A stretch of DNA of 20,000 nucleotides from an uncultured virus (IMG/VR IMGVR_UViG_3300044846_003060) (taxonomy: Duplodnaviria; Heunggongvirae; Uroviricota; Caudoviricetes), in the IMG/VR virus record IMGVR_UViG_3300044846_003060. One strand, written 5' to 3'. Within the stretch, counting starts at the first letter, position 1, and each line of letters starts with the position of its first letter. Below are positions 8,946-16,620 of the stretch, piece by piece. The notes beneath the pieces are model-generated. The model did not search any database. It was not told the DNA's origin and saw only the letters and a list, made by a program, of their open reading frames with translations. The position numbers and the translations under genes were made by a program.

Positions 8946-8959
8946 AAGTTTATTTTAAG

Positions 8960-9057
8960 TACTATTAGTTCTTCAGCTTTCTACTCCCAGCTCCGAGGAA
9001 TTGTATATAACTTAGCCCATCTCACCGCTGTGTGGGAACTGAAGTTTACTAATAGCA
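8960..9057 (-). ncRNA. candidate structured RNA (long interrupted hairpin)
   Basis: Nested pairings UGCUAUUAGU/ACUAAUAGUA, CUUCAGU/GCUGAAG and UCCCA/UGGGA; G-U pairs favour the minus strand. Confidence 0.5.
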
Positions 9058-9071
9058 TTTTTGTTATAAGT

Positions 9072-9476
9072 TTATTTTAACCAATTCATAGTTCTAGCTT
9101 CTGAAGGATGTGCATGAATCCAATCATGACAATTTCTGCATACAGGCAACCAAGTACTCTGTACTAAATAAAAAGCTTCTCTATTACTACCTGCAAATGT
9201 GTGGTGTATATCAGTTGCACCATTAGTACAACCTGCTACTTTAACCATACAAAGATGATTTTCTGTTAGATACCTTTCTCTGAGTTTAAGATACTCTTGG
9301 TCTTTCTTTTTTCTTTTAGAAGAAACCAGAGGGATTTTATAATCAGTTGGTTTCTGTGAACTGTTATTATTAATGGCTTTTTGGCAACTCCAGCAATATT
9401 TACAGTATTTGAATCCCTCATGGTTTTTCCAGATGACTGTCTCTTTCTGACAGCCATCACAGATTTTAAGTTTCAT
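9072..9476 (-). CDS. HNH-type (NinG-like) zinc-binding nuclease
   Basis: N-terminal CxxC...CxxC; C-terminal C..C-ATDIHH...VCRNCHDWIH. Confidence 0.75.
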   Translation of the reverse strand: MKLKICDGCQKETVIWKNHEGFKYCKYCWSCQKAINNNSSQKPTDYKIPLVSSKRKKKDQEYLKLRERYLTENHLCMVKVAGCTNGATDIHHTFAGSNREAFYLVQSTWLPVCRNCHDWIHAHPSEARTMNWLK

Positions 9477-9805
9477 AGTAGTTCTTCAGGAAACTCACCT
9501 TTTGACTTAGTTACGGCTGGAGTCTTTCCACTTCTTAATAAAGTTCTAAGACCATCCCAGAATCCAGTAGCTAAATAACAACTATGTACTACCACACCCT
9601 TTGGAATTACAATAAATCCAATTAAAGTTGTGTGATATCTATCTTCATTGTGTATCCAACTCATACCTGCATGATAATAATCATCTTTGGGTACATAAAT
9701 AAGCCAATGAGTTTTTGTTTTCCAAATAACTCTTCCTTGTACGGTGTCTATGCTAGATCTATATCCAGGTTCCAGACCACCTCTTTTGTCATAAAATGTT
9801 TTCAT
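9473..9805 (-). CDS. hypothetical protein
   Basis: 110-aa ORF with ATGA overlaps on both sides. Confidence 0.7.
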   Translation of the reverse strand: MKTFYDKRGGLEPGYRSSIDTVQGRVIWKTKTHWLIYVPKDDYYHAGMSWIHNEDRYHTTLIGFIVIPKGVVVHSCYLATGFWDGLRTLLRSGKTPAVTKSKGEFPEELL

Positions 9806-10281
9806 ACTTTTTGATTTTTAAGCTGAGGTAAACCTACCGGTGCTTCTTTTAAACTTAAAAAGTTTTTAGGTAGGATACCTTCAGTGATAAAGATACTAAT
9901 AATTTGATCTTTTTCAATGTTTAAATCTTTAAAAGTTAAAGTATTTTTAAACTTCTCATCAGTTTGAGTCTCATTTAATAACATTTCAGTAAGTGTACTT
10001 TTAGGAAATAATGTCTTAAATAAGAAATTAGTGTATTGAATACTTAACTGTTGTTTAAATACATTTAATACTACTTGTGCTCTTTTATAGACATTTAAAA
10101 TCCTCTGTTTTTTCTTACTACACATAGTAGCTAATTCTTCTTGACTAAGAGCATCCAGACCATAGAGTGCTCTCTTGTAGAGATAATTTTGATAAGATGA
10201 ATACTTATCTTGCTCATATTGCATGTAGGTTTTCTTACCTTGCAATTGATAATTCATTAAATCCTGTTTTAACTTTTCCAT
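9802..10281 (-). CDS. hypothetical protein
   Basis: 159-aa ORF. Confidence 0.8.
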   Translation of the reverse strand: MEKLKQDLMNYQLQGKKTYMQYEQDKYSSYQNYLYKRALYGLDALSQEELATMCSKKKQRILNVYKRAQVVLNVFKQQLSIQYTNFLFKTLFPKSTLTEMLLNETQTDEKFKNTLTFKDLNIEKDQIISIFITEGILPKNFLSLKEAPVGLPQLKNQKV

Positions 10282-10301
10282 TTTTACAATAATTTTAATA
10301 A

Positions 10302-10335
10302 TAAAAAAAAGGGGACAATATTTCTATTATCCCCT
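10302..10335 (-). terminator. intrinsic terminator
   Basis: AGGGGAUAAUA-GAAA-UAUUGUCCCCU followed by a U-run. Confidence 0.8.
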
Positions 10336-10354
10336 GTACTATTCAATCTCCTAA

Positions 10355-10828
10355 TTAGATAGCAAAATCTGTATTAGGTTTAATTGCTTGAGATTTGTTG
10401 TTTTGTATAGCATATGCAGCTCTTAACTCATCAACATTGTCATGTTTGATTAATACATCCTCAGCATTAGATGCTAAAGTATATTGAGTTTTACGGTAGA
10501 TTGGACTACCTTCAAACTTACAAACAATACCTGTATCACCAGCAATTTTCAAGTCTTTCTCTGGTGTTTTCTCATTAAATGGAGTCAAAGACTCTTTAAT
10601 AATGATTTTACCAGCTAGTTCTTGTCCTTTGTAGAAACCTTCTTCTTGTAATTCAGACAATACACCTGGAACCAAAGTAGAAACTACTTTTCTTCTTAAG
10701 AAACCATTGTCATCAATGACAGTTCTTGATTGTTCAACACGGATATAACCGTAGTTTTCATTGTTAGGTGATAAATTAATAACTGCACCTGTAGTAGCAT
10801 CAGCTACAACTTTAACTTTTGAGTTCAT
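10355..10828 (-). CDS. hypothetical protein (beta-rich, possibly ssDNA-binding)
   Basis: 157-aa ORF with its own terminator; function is a guess. Confidence 0.7.
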   Translation of the reverse strand: MNSKVKVVADATTGAVINLSPNNENYGYIRVEQSRTVIDDNGFLRRKVVSTLVPGVLSELQEEGFYKGQELAGKIIIKESLTPFNEKTPEKDLKIAGDTGIVCKFEGSPIYRKTQYTLASNAEDVLIKHDNVDELRAAYAIQNNKSQAIKPNTDFAI

Positions 10829-10939
10829 CTTTAAAAGTTTAATAAATTAATAAATAAATTGATTTTTGAGTGGGTGTTTTACTATATCCTTAATTACTCA
10901 TTTTAAGGTAAGTTGGTAATTTATATTGCGCACTATAAA

Positions 10940-11221
10940 TTACATATCCAAATTGTCAGATAAATCAATGATATCATCAAATGGTTGATCATCTGATATA
11001 ATATCATTAAGGTCTTCATCATCCTGTGAGAGGAAATCAAAGTCATAATACTTATCTCTGGTGTTTCTATCAACAGCAGAACCTGTAAATGGATCCCTAA
11101 TGTGTTCACCATAGTCAATTGACATGAAGTATTGTACATCTTCATCTGTTAGATCAAGGTACTCTTCTATAGAGAGGTGAATTACTTTCCCATTAGGGAG
11201 TTGATATTGCATTACCGGCAT
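10940..11221 (-). CDS. acidic hypothetical protein
   Basis: 93 aa, very Asp-rich C-terminus. Confidence 0.75.
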   Translation of the reverse strand: MPVMQYQLPNGKVIHLSIEEYLDLTDEDVQYFMSIDYGEHIRDPFTGSAVDRNTRDKYYDFDFLSQDDEDLNDIISDDQPFDDIIDLSDNLDM

Positions 11222-11303
11222 AAATAAATATGCAGATAAATATAGAGCATTTATACTGAAGTCAATAGTTTAAACCAATAATATTTAGCACTATATAGCT
11301 AAA

Positions 11304-11331
11304 CAAATAAAGAGGGGCACGAGACCCCTCT
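11304..11331 (-). terminator. probable intrinsic terminator
   Basis: AGAGGGG-loop-CCCCUCU followed by UUAUUUGUUU. Confidence 0.6.
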
Positions 11332-11371
11332 GTATTTTGGTCAGGAAAAGTATATTCACAGAATACACTTC

Positions 11372-11791
11372 TTAAAATTCTTCAAGAATTTCTAATTCAT
11401 TAACTCTGGCATATGTAGTATCTACCTTAACATTTCCCTTATCATCAACACCTGTATATTCTACATGATATTGTGAATACTCATGATAACCTCTGAAATC
11501 TTTAATAGTAACAATAATACAACCATCAGCATCAGCATACTTTTCTCTAGTAAGAGCTTTGTCCATACCATAGCCAATAGTACTTACGGGCATTCTGCAC
11601 AAAGTACCAATAGGTATTATATCTGGTAGTTTGTTACCTAACATAAGTTTAAAGAAATAATCTACTGTCTGAGAACTACTACAAATAATAGGAGTAAATA
11701 ATTTTATAAACTCTTCAGAATTAGAATCTTTAATAATTTTACTTAATGCTTTTGCTACATCAGTATCATCATAGTTTACAGATATTTTCAT
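11372..11791 (-). CDS. hypothetical protein
   Basis: 139-aa ORF. Confidence 0.8.
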   Translation of the reverse strand: MKISVNYDDTDVAKALSKIIKDSNSEEFIKLFTPIICSSSQTVDYFFKLMLGNKLPDIIPIGTLCRMPVSTIGYGMDKALTREKYADADGCIIVTIKDFRGYHEYSQYHVEYTGVDDKGNVKVDTTYARVNELEILEEF

Positions 11792-11793
11792 AA

Positions 11794-12072
11794 CTAGTCA
11801 TTTAGTTTTCTATATTCTCTAATCTTTATAAGTAGTTCCTCATTAAAATGAGTAAAGAAATTCCTATTAGGTATTCTTAGATTTAAATTAGACGGTGATT
11901 CATGAGGTATTGCTGAAGTTTTAACTCCAGATTTTATCAAGTCACCATCTTTATCCCTAATATCTGCCTTGAGGTTAAACCCCAAGACAGACTCAAATAC
12001 AACTACATTATCCACGACCAAACATATCTTTAAGCATGTTATGTAATCTCTCATGGCTATTTCTCTTGTCAA
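11794..12072 (-). CDS. hypothetical protein (start may be the ATG at 12054)
   Basis: ORF fills the gap and overlaps the upstream gene. Confidence 0.6.
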   Translation of the reverse strand: MTREIAMRDYITCLKICLVVDNVVVFESVLGFNLKADIRDKDGDLIKSGVKTSAIPHESPSNLNLRIPNRNFFTHFNEELLIKIREYRKLND

Positions 12073-12337
12073 CCACCTTTTGTAACATTAATGTAGTCAT
12101 AACAACTTCATTAGTATGTGTACATTCTTGAACTACTTTTACTAATGCAGTATGCATGTCATCACTTTCATCAAATGCTTTAACACATGTTGCAAGGAGT
12201 ATCTTTACTCTTTCATCAGAAATACCTAAGTTTTGATGTAATAATTCTGCTTTCTCATCAATAATGAGTAGTTTATACTGACCATCAGTATTATAACCTT
12301 TTTTCTTTTTCTTGAACATTTTTCCTAACCAGTTCAT
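12008..12337 (-). CDS. hypothetical protein
   Basis: 109-aa ORF. Confidence 0.75.
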   Translation of the reverse strand: MNWLGKMFKKKKKGYNTDGQYKLLIIDEKAELLHQNLGISDERVKILLATCVKAFDESDDMHTALVKVVQECTHTNEVVMTTLMLQKVVDKRNSHERLHNMLKDMFGRG

Positions 12338-12367
12338 AATTATAAATTTAAGTTAAACAATAAATAA

Positions 12368-12477
12368 TAGTCCCAACAGGATTCAAACCTGTGACCTGAA
12401 CTTGATGTATTGCATGCCCTAACAGGCTATCCTTTACATTTTCAGAGGTTCCGCTCTATCAACTGAGCTATGGGACT
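12368..12477 (-). tRNA. tRNA-like gene with a 37-nt insertion in the anticodon loop; isotype unassignable
   Basis: Acceptor AGUCCCA/UGGGACU, D arm GCUC-AGUUGAUA-GAGC, anticodon stem GAAC/GUUC, variable AGGUC, T arm ACAGG-UUUGAAU-CCUGU; no encoded CCA. Confidence 0.8.
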
Positions 12478-12483
12478 AACAAT

Positions 12484-12762
12484 TTAATAAGAATCTTCAG
12501 CTTTACCAAGACTTAACCAGTCTGCATCTTCTAAAATCCAAATCTCATCAATAAAACCATCTTTCAATGTGTACATAGTATTCCAAAACTCTAGTACTAT
12601 GACTTCATCCTTTCTTTTAGTTACATTTACTAAAACATCATTTGTAATTTCTATTACATTCTTGACAAACCTTTTCTCTGACCAAGTTAGATTGTTTGGT
12701 AATTTTTGAGAGTTACCAACTCCTGCAATCATAACTGCAATAATCATCATTAATTTTTTCAT
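12484..12762 (-). CDS. exported or membrane-anchored hypothetical protein
   Basis: Signal-peptide-like MKKLMMIIAVMIAGVGNSQ. Confidence 0.7.
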   Translation of the reverse strand: MKKLMMIIAVMIAGVGNSQKLPNNLTWSEKRFVKNVIEITNDVLVNVTKRKDEVIVLEFWNTMYTLKDGFIDEIWILEDADWLSLGKAEDSY

Positions 12763-12771
12763 TTCTTTTTT

Positions 12772-13020
12772 TTATTTACTTTCAACATAAGCCCATACTA
12801 ACATAGCACAAGCCACTACAATAAATCCATAGAACATCCATTTCATTGGTAACATTGTTTTTTCAAGTTCAATTGCTTCTTCAATACAAACTATCTCATG
12901 CTCAATTTCATTTCTTCTTTGCATATACAGTTCTGGACTAGGTTCAGCAAAATGTAACATATACAATTCATCAAGCCTTTCTTCTTTTCTCTTTTTTAAT
13001 TTTTTAATTGACATCTTCAA
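12772..13020 (-). CDS. hypothetical protein with C-terminal TM helix
   Basis: Coiled N-terminus, hydrophobic C-terminus. Confidence 0.7.
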   Translation of the reverse strand: MKMSIKKLKKRKEERLDELYMLHFAEPSPELYMQRRNEIEHEIVCIEEAIELEKTMLPMKWMFYGFIVVACAMLVWAYVESK

Positions 13021-13789
13021 TAATTTTATAAATTATAATATTTTTATCTACTTGCTTCTTTAACTCATCATATAATGCTACTGCCTTTTTGTGAGGCATA
13101 TTTACATCAATCTTAACACCTAGCATATTTGCAACTCCTGATAAAGTTAGTATGGCATCACTATGTAAATACTGTTTACTTATCATGTTTGTGCTATCAA
13201 TATATTTTAGTGCCTTATTAGGATCATCAGCACATAGTAATAAGTCTTTAAATACTTTTACTGATTGATAAGCATTAGGTTTACCAAAGACTTTATGGAA
13301 TAATTTAACATCAATGTCCATTTTTTTATATGGACTAGTTTTTAAATAAGCTTCTATAAATTCTATAGGATTGTTTATCTTACCATTCATCATTTTAGAA
13401 AACATAGTATTATTAACTAATGTCATCAGACTAGTATTTATTTTCTTTATTACCCATGGTGCTAAGTAGTTCATACAATCCATTTTCATTGCATATGGTA
13501 GTTTATTAAAATGATGACCAAACCAAATTTTGGTAGTCTTCTTCTTTCTATCATATGTTATACCATGGAGTGCCTTTCTTCTATAAAAGAATCTACCATT
13601 TTCAAACATTGGTATTCTTTCAACACTAGACCAATAGATATGAGTATCAGTTTCTTTCCTACTCTCATATGCAAAGCTATGTACTCTATTACTGTAGTAA
13701 TATATTCTCTGCAATTCAGGTGGAAATTTTTGTATTGTTAAGTGTTCATTATAAGCTTCAGGGTTGGTAATAATTGTGACTTTTTCCAT
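13004..13789 (-). CDS. hypothetical protein
   Basis: 261-aa ORF. Confidence 0.8.
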   Translation of the reverse strand: MEKVTIITNPEAYNEHLTIQKFPPELQRIYYYSNRVHSFAYESRKETDTHIYWSSVERIPMFENGRFFYRRKALHGITYDRKKKTTKIWFGHHFNKLPYAMKMDCMNYLAPWVIKKINTSLMTLVNNTMFSKMMNGKINNPIEFIEAYLKTSPYKKMDIDVKLFHKVFGKPNAYQSVKVFKDLLLCADDPNKALKYIDSTNMISKQYLHSDAILTLSGVANMLGVKIDVNMPHKKAVALYDELKKQVDKNIIIYKIIEDVN

Positions 13790-13805
13790 TTGTGACCGTT
13801 TTAAT

Positions 13806-13832
13806 AAAAAACAAAAAGGGACGAAGTCCCTT
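13806..13832 (-). terminator. intrinsic terminator of the DUF2828 transcript
   Basis: AAGGGAC-UUC-GUCCCUU followed by UUUGUUUUUU. Confidence 0.8.
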
Positions 13833-13880
13833 GTGGTAAGTGGTAGATTTCTGTTGCCAAGTATCTACCATACTCCGATC

Positions 13881-15266
13881 TCATTCAGTTCCAATACAGG
13901 AATACCGTGCAGTGTCCACAGTATCAAGCATCAATTGAATGGGAGAATAAATCTCACCTTTCAATATACCCTTCAATACAGAAGGACTGAAGCCTGATAC
14001 CAAACCAATGCCTGAATCATTAACAGATGCAGGAACATTACCAAGTCTACCGTTCACATTCCAAAATACTATCTCAGGCATTTTATATCCTGCATCAGAA
14101 TATTTTGCCCTAATAGAATCTAGGTTAGTAACACCTTGACATGCACTATCAAACTCCATATCACTAATGATAAGAAGTTTAGTAGGCATCTCAGACTCAG
14201 GTAATGATTCTCTAATAGCACTATTAAGAATCAAGTCAAATGTGGCTTGAAGATTAGTAGAATAACCCCAGTCTGCTCTCTGTAACTGTCTCATTCTCTG
14301 TGACAAACTACCTGATAGGTAATTCATTTCAGGTCTCTCTGAGAAAGTCAAGAAAGCATCCTTGAATATACCTTTATTTCTTTCAGAGATATAAATCCCT
14401 AAAGAAACAGATACATCCATAGGAAGACCTTCCATACTACCACTAACATCACATACAGGAATAATCCTTTCTGTACTATCAGCCATATAGTCTGGTAAAG
14501 CATCCCATTGAGCTTCTACTGCACTAGCATCATCTCCCTTTTTAATTGCTTGATACAATTGGTGAGGGAATAATACTCCTGCATTAATCTTCTGTTTGCC
14601 ATCTTGAACATCAGAAATATACTGCAAATATCTTTGACCATCACGGCTGATAAATGCATTTCTGTGTTTGTTCATAGCTACTGAAGGAACCTGACCATAA
14701 CTGATCTTGTCCCATTCATTGGCACACATTTGAGTTTCCACTACTTTGGTCATTGACACAAGTTTCTTTCTGAACTCTTTAGGAGTTACATTAAGATACT
14801 TATGCATGGCACTAAACCATTTACCTTTTCTTGGAAACCATTTGGCTAAGAGGTTAGCATCAGGAGACTCTTCAAGTTGAGTATTTAACCAACTGAGATT
14901 ATTCTCATTTGGATTCTCAATCTTGAATACATCCTTCCAATACCCAAACTTGGGTATATGTATAGCCAATTGGTCATACTCATAAGCATTAGACTTACTA
15001 ATATGTTCCATAACTATTTGGAAGAATCTTCTCTCACCTGCACCACCTCTTGCATCTCTTGACCAAAACAAGATCTTATAAGCTAAGTTCTTATTCTGAC
15101 CAACAGCACGGTCAAAAGCAAGTATAATATCAGACTCTCTAATATTTCTACTTGCACCTGCTAGGAAGAACAAATCAAGACAATAGTCTAAACTTGTTGA
15201 ATGTGTAATAGCTCCATTAGCAGTTGTGGAGTTATACTGTCTTGTAGCATTTATTAATTTGCTCAT
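13881..15266 (-). CDS. DUF2828-family vWA protein, Ro60/TROVE-like architecture (461 aa)
   Basis: TANGAITHSTS, LFWSRDARGGAGERRFF, FGYWKD, LLAKWFPR, VPSVAM; vWA MIDAS CDVSGSM, TNLQATFDLIL, ISDMEFD, IVFWNV, VSGFS. Start set at ATG 15266. Confidence 0.85.
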   Translation of the reverse strand: MSKLINATRQYNSTTANGAITHSTSLDYCLDLFFLAGASRNIRESDIILAFDRAVGQNKNLAYKILFWSRDARGGAGERRFFQIVMEHISKSNAYEYDQLAIHIPKFGYWKDVFKIENPNENNLSWLNTQLEESPDANLLAKWFPRKGKWFSAMHKYLNVTPKEFRKKLVSMTKVVETQMCANEWDKISYGQVPSVAMNKHRNAFISRDGQRYLQYISDVQDGKQKINAGVLFPHQLYQAIKKGDDASAVEAQWDALPDYMADSTERIIPVCDVSGSMEGLPMDVSVSLGIYISERNKGIFKDAFLTFSERPEMNYLSGSLSQRMRQLQRADWGYSTNLQATFDLILNSAIRESLPESEMPTKLLIISDMEFDSACQGVTNLDSIRAKYSDAGYKMPEIVFWNVNGRLGNVPASVNDSGIGLVSGFSPSVLKGILKGEIYSPIQLMLDTVDTARYSCIGTE

Positions 15267-15310
15267 ATATAAAAAGATTAATTGGTTACTAATTTGGTTT
15301 AGGTGTGTAT

Positions 15311-15460
15311 CTAACAATACAGATACACACCATTCTCTTTACCTTGAAACATTACTGTTTCACCTTTCTTTCTATAGCCAACAACTTGTTGAAACATATA
15401 GACTGGAACATCATACTCTAACTTATAGAATACATCTTTGAACTCTTTGAAAGTAATCAT
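15311..15460 (-). CDS. 49-aa peptide (not in ORF track)
   Basis: MITFKEFKDVFYKLEYDVPVYMFQQVVGYRKKGETVMFQGKENGVYLYC*; shares its leader sequence with the DUF2828 gene. Confidence 0.7.
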   Translation of the reverse strand: MITFKEFKDVFYKLEYDVPVYMFQQVVGYRKKGETVMFQGKENGVYLYC

Positions 15461-15530
15461 ATAAAAAGATTAATTGGTTGTTATTTTAATTGTGGGAAGG
15501 CACCTGCCCCCTTTTCAAGAGGCAGGTTTG

Positions 15531-15663
15531 TGGTGCATAACAGAATACTATCTAAAACCTGCCTATCTAGTAGACAACAGAGTACCTTCCCGGGTTAAGT
15601 CCTATTAGGACTTTTTCTGTTATTTGTTGTTTTAGATTGTGTGCTGAAGTATTCTTTACACCA
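15531..15663 (-). ncRNA. CAGCAC-bulge stem-loop, copy 3 (longest)
   Basis: UGGUGUA/UGCACCA, AGAAUAC/GUAUUCU, bulge UUCAGCAC, AUCUAAAAC/GUUUUAGAU. Confidence 0.75.
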
Positions 15664-15667
15664 AAAT

Positions 15668-15726
15668 GACGGGCTACTATTTTACTTTATCCTTATAAAA
15701 GTTTAATAGTGCTGAAGTAGCCCTTA
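15668..15726 (-). ncRNA. CAGCAC-bulge stem-loop, copy 2
   Basis: UAA-GGGCUAC/GUAGCCC-GU, bulge UUCAGCAC, UAUU/AAUA. Confidence 0.75.
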
Positions 15727-15731
15727 AAGAG

Positions 15732-15812
15732 TTGGTCTAGACAGAATACAGTTAACCAATTTATCTAATATATGTAGAAGTTGATGTGCTGTATGTATTC
15801 TTTAAAGACCAA
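15732..15812 (-). ncRNA. CAGCAC-bulge stem-loop, copy 1
   Basis: UUGGUCU/AGACCAA, AGAAUAC/GUAUUCU, bulge AUACAGCAC. Confidence 0.75.
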
Positions 15813-16102
15813 TGTATGTTTAGCTATATTATATTTGTTATATATTAAGATATATAAAAGATAGTATATAGTTTAAGGTAAAGAAAGTATAGAAGGTTTA
15901 AGTATCCATTATACATACACTTATACCTATAACACTGTTTACACGCGTGAGGATTATACTTTCAGACCACAATGTTATTCATACTATAACTTTTATAGTA
16001 ATATTAACAGTGTCAGACCAACAATATAATCAAATCAAGTTATGAGAGGTTTAATCAAAAGCTGTGAAACATATTAAAACCAAAAAGAATTAAACTGCAC
16101 TC

Positions 16103-16140
16103 AAAAAAATAAAACCCTACACATCCCGTGTAAGGTTTTA
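16103..16140 (-). terminator. intrinsic terminator
   Basis: AAAACCUUACAC-GGGAU-GUGUAGGGUUUU followed by AUUUUUUU. Confidence 0.8.
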
Positions 16141-16155
16141 TCCGCAAGGTTCCCC

Positions 16156-16497
16156 CTACACTGACATCTCTGTGATATCAGATAGAGAGAAGGAAGCAAC
16201 TGTGTCAACAGTCCCCTTGTTGTGAACACACCAACCTTTAACAAGTAATCCTGTTTCAGGGTTAGTGCCTTCCAACCAAGAAACAACTAGGTCTCTTGCA
16301 TTGGTTCCGTCAACCACATTGTCACCTTTGCTGTTCTCTACCTTTGAAGATAGAATTGCAGTGGTGCTTTTGCTGTCCTTAAATGCTACCCACATTGATT
16401 TGCCACTCTTGCTTTTATTGATGTCCAAATTTTGGGCACTAATAGATTGCATAAATGAAACTAAACTCTGTGTTTGGGAAAATGTTGTCTGTGACAT
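16156..16497 (-). CDS. hypothetical protein
   Basis: 113 aa between the motif at 16531 and a terminator. Confidence 0.8.
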   Translation of the reverse strand: MSQTTFSQTQSLVSFMQSISAQNLDINKSKSGKSMWVAFKDSKSTTAILSSKVENSKGDNVVDGTNARDLVVSWLEGTNPETGLLVKGWCVHNKGTVDTVASFSLSDITEMSV

Positions 16498-16589
16498 ATA
16501 ACATTAATTTAAGGGGTTAATAACTAAAACAAGTTTTGAGAGGTTAAAAATTAAAAGCTGTCCGAAGGACATATTAAAACTGTGAGTAT

Positions 16590-16615
16590 AAAAAAGAAAA
16601 GAGCATTACTGCTCT
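16590..16615 (-). terminator. intrinsic terminator
   Basis: AGAGCA-GUAA-UGCUCU followed by UUUCUUUUU. Confidence 0.75.
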
Positions 16616-16620
16616 AATCT

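Noticed and set aside
11348..11370. Hairpin containing CAGAATAC as a fourth copy of the RNA motif
   Set aside because: Simple hairpin (AAGTATATTC-ACA-GAATACACTT) with no CAGCAC bulge
12439..12447. Assigning the tRNA as Phe(GAA) or Arg(UCU)
   Set aside because: Neither triplet falls at canonical positions 34-36 relative to the anticodon stem
15531..15812. TPP riboswitch or hammerhead ribozyme (GCTGA on the + strand)
   Set aside because: Lacks the CUGAGA/CCUGAU and CUGAUGA...GAAA cores; G-U pairs and gene orientation favour the minus strand
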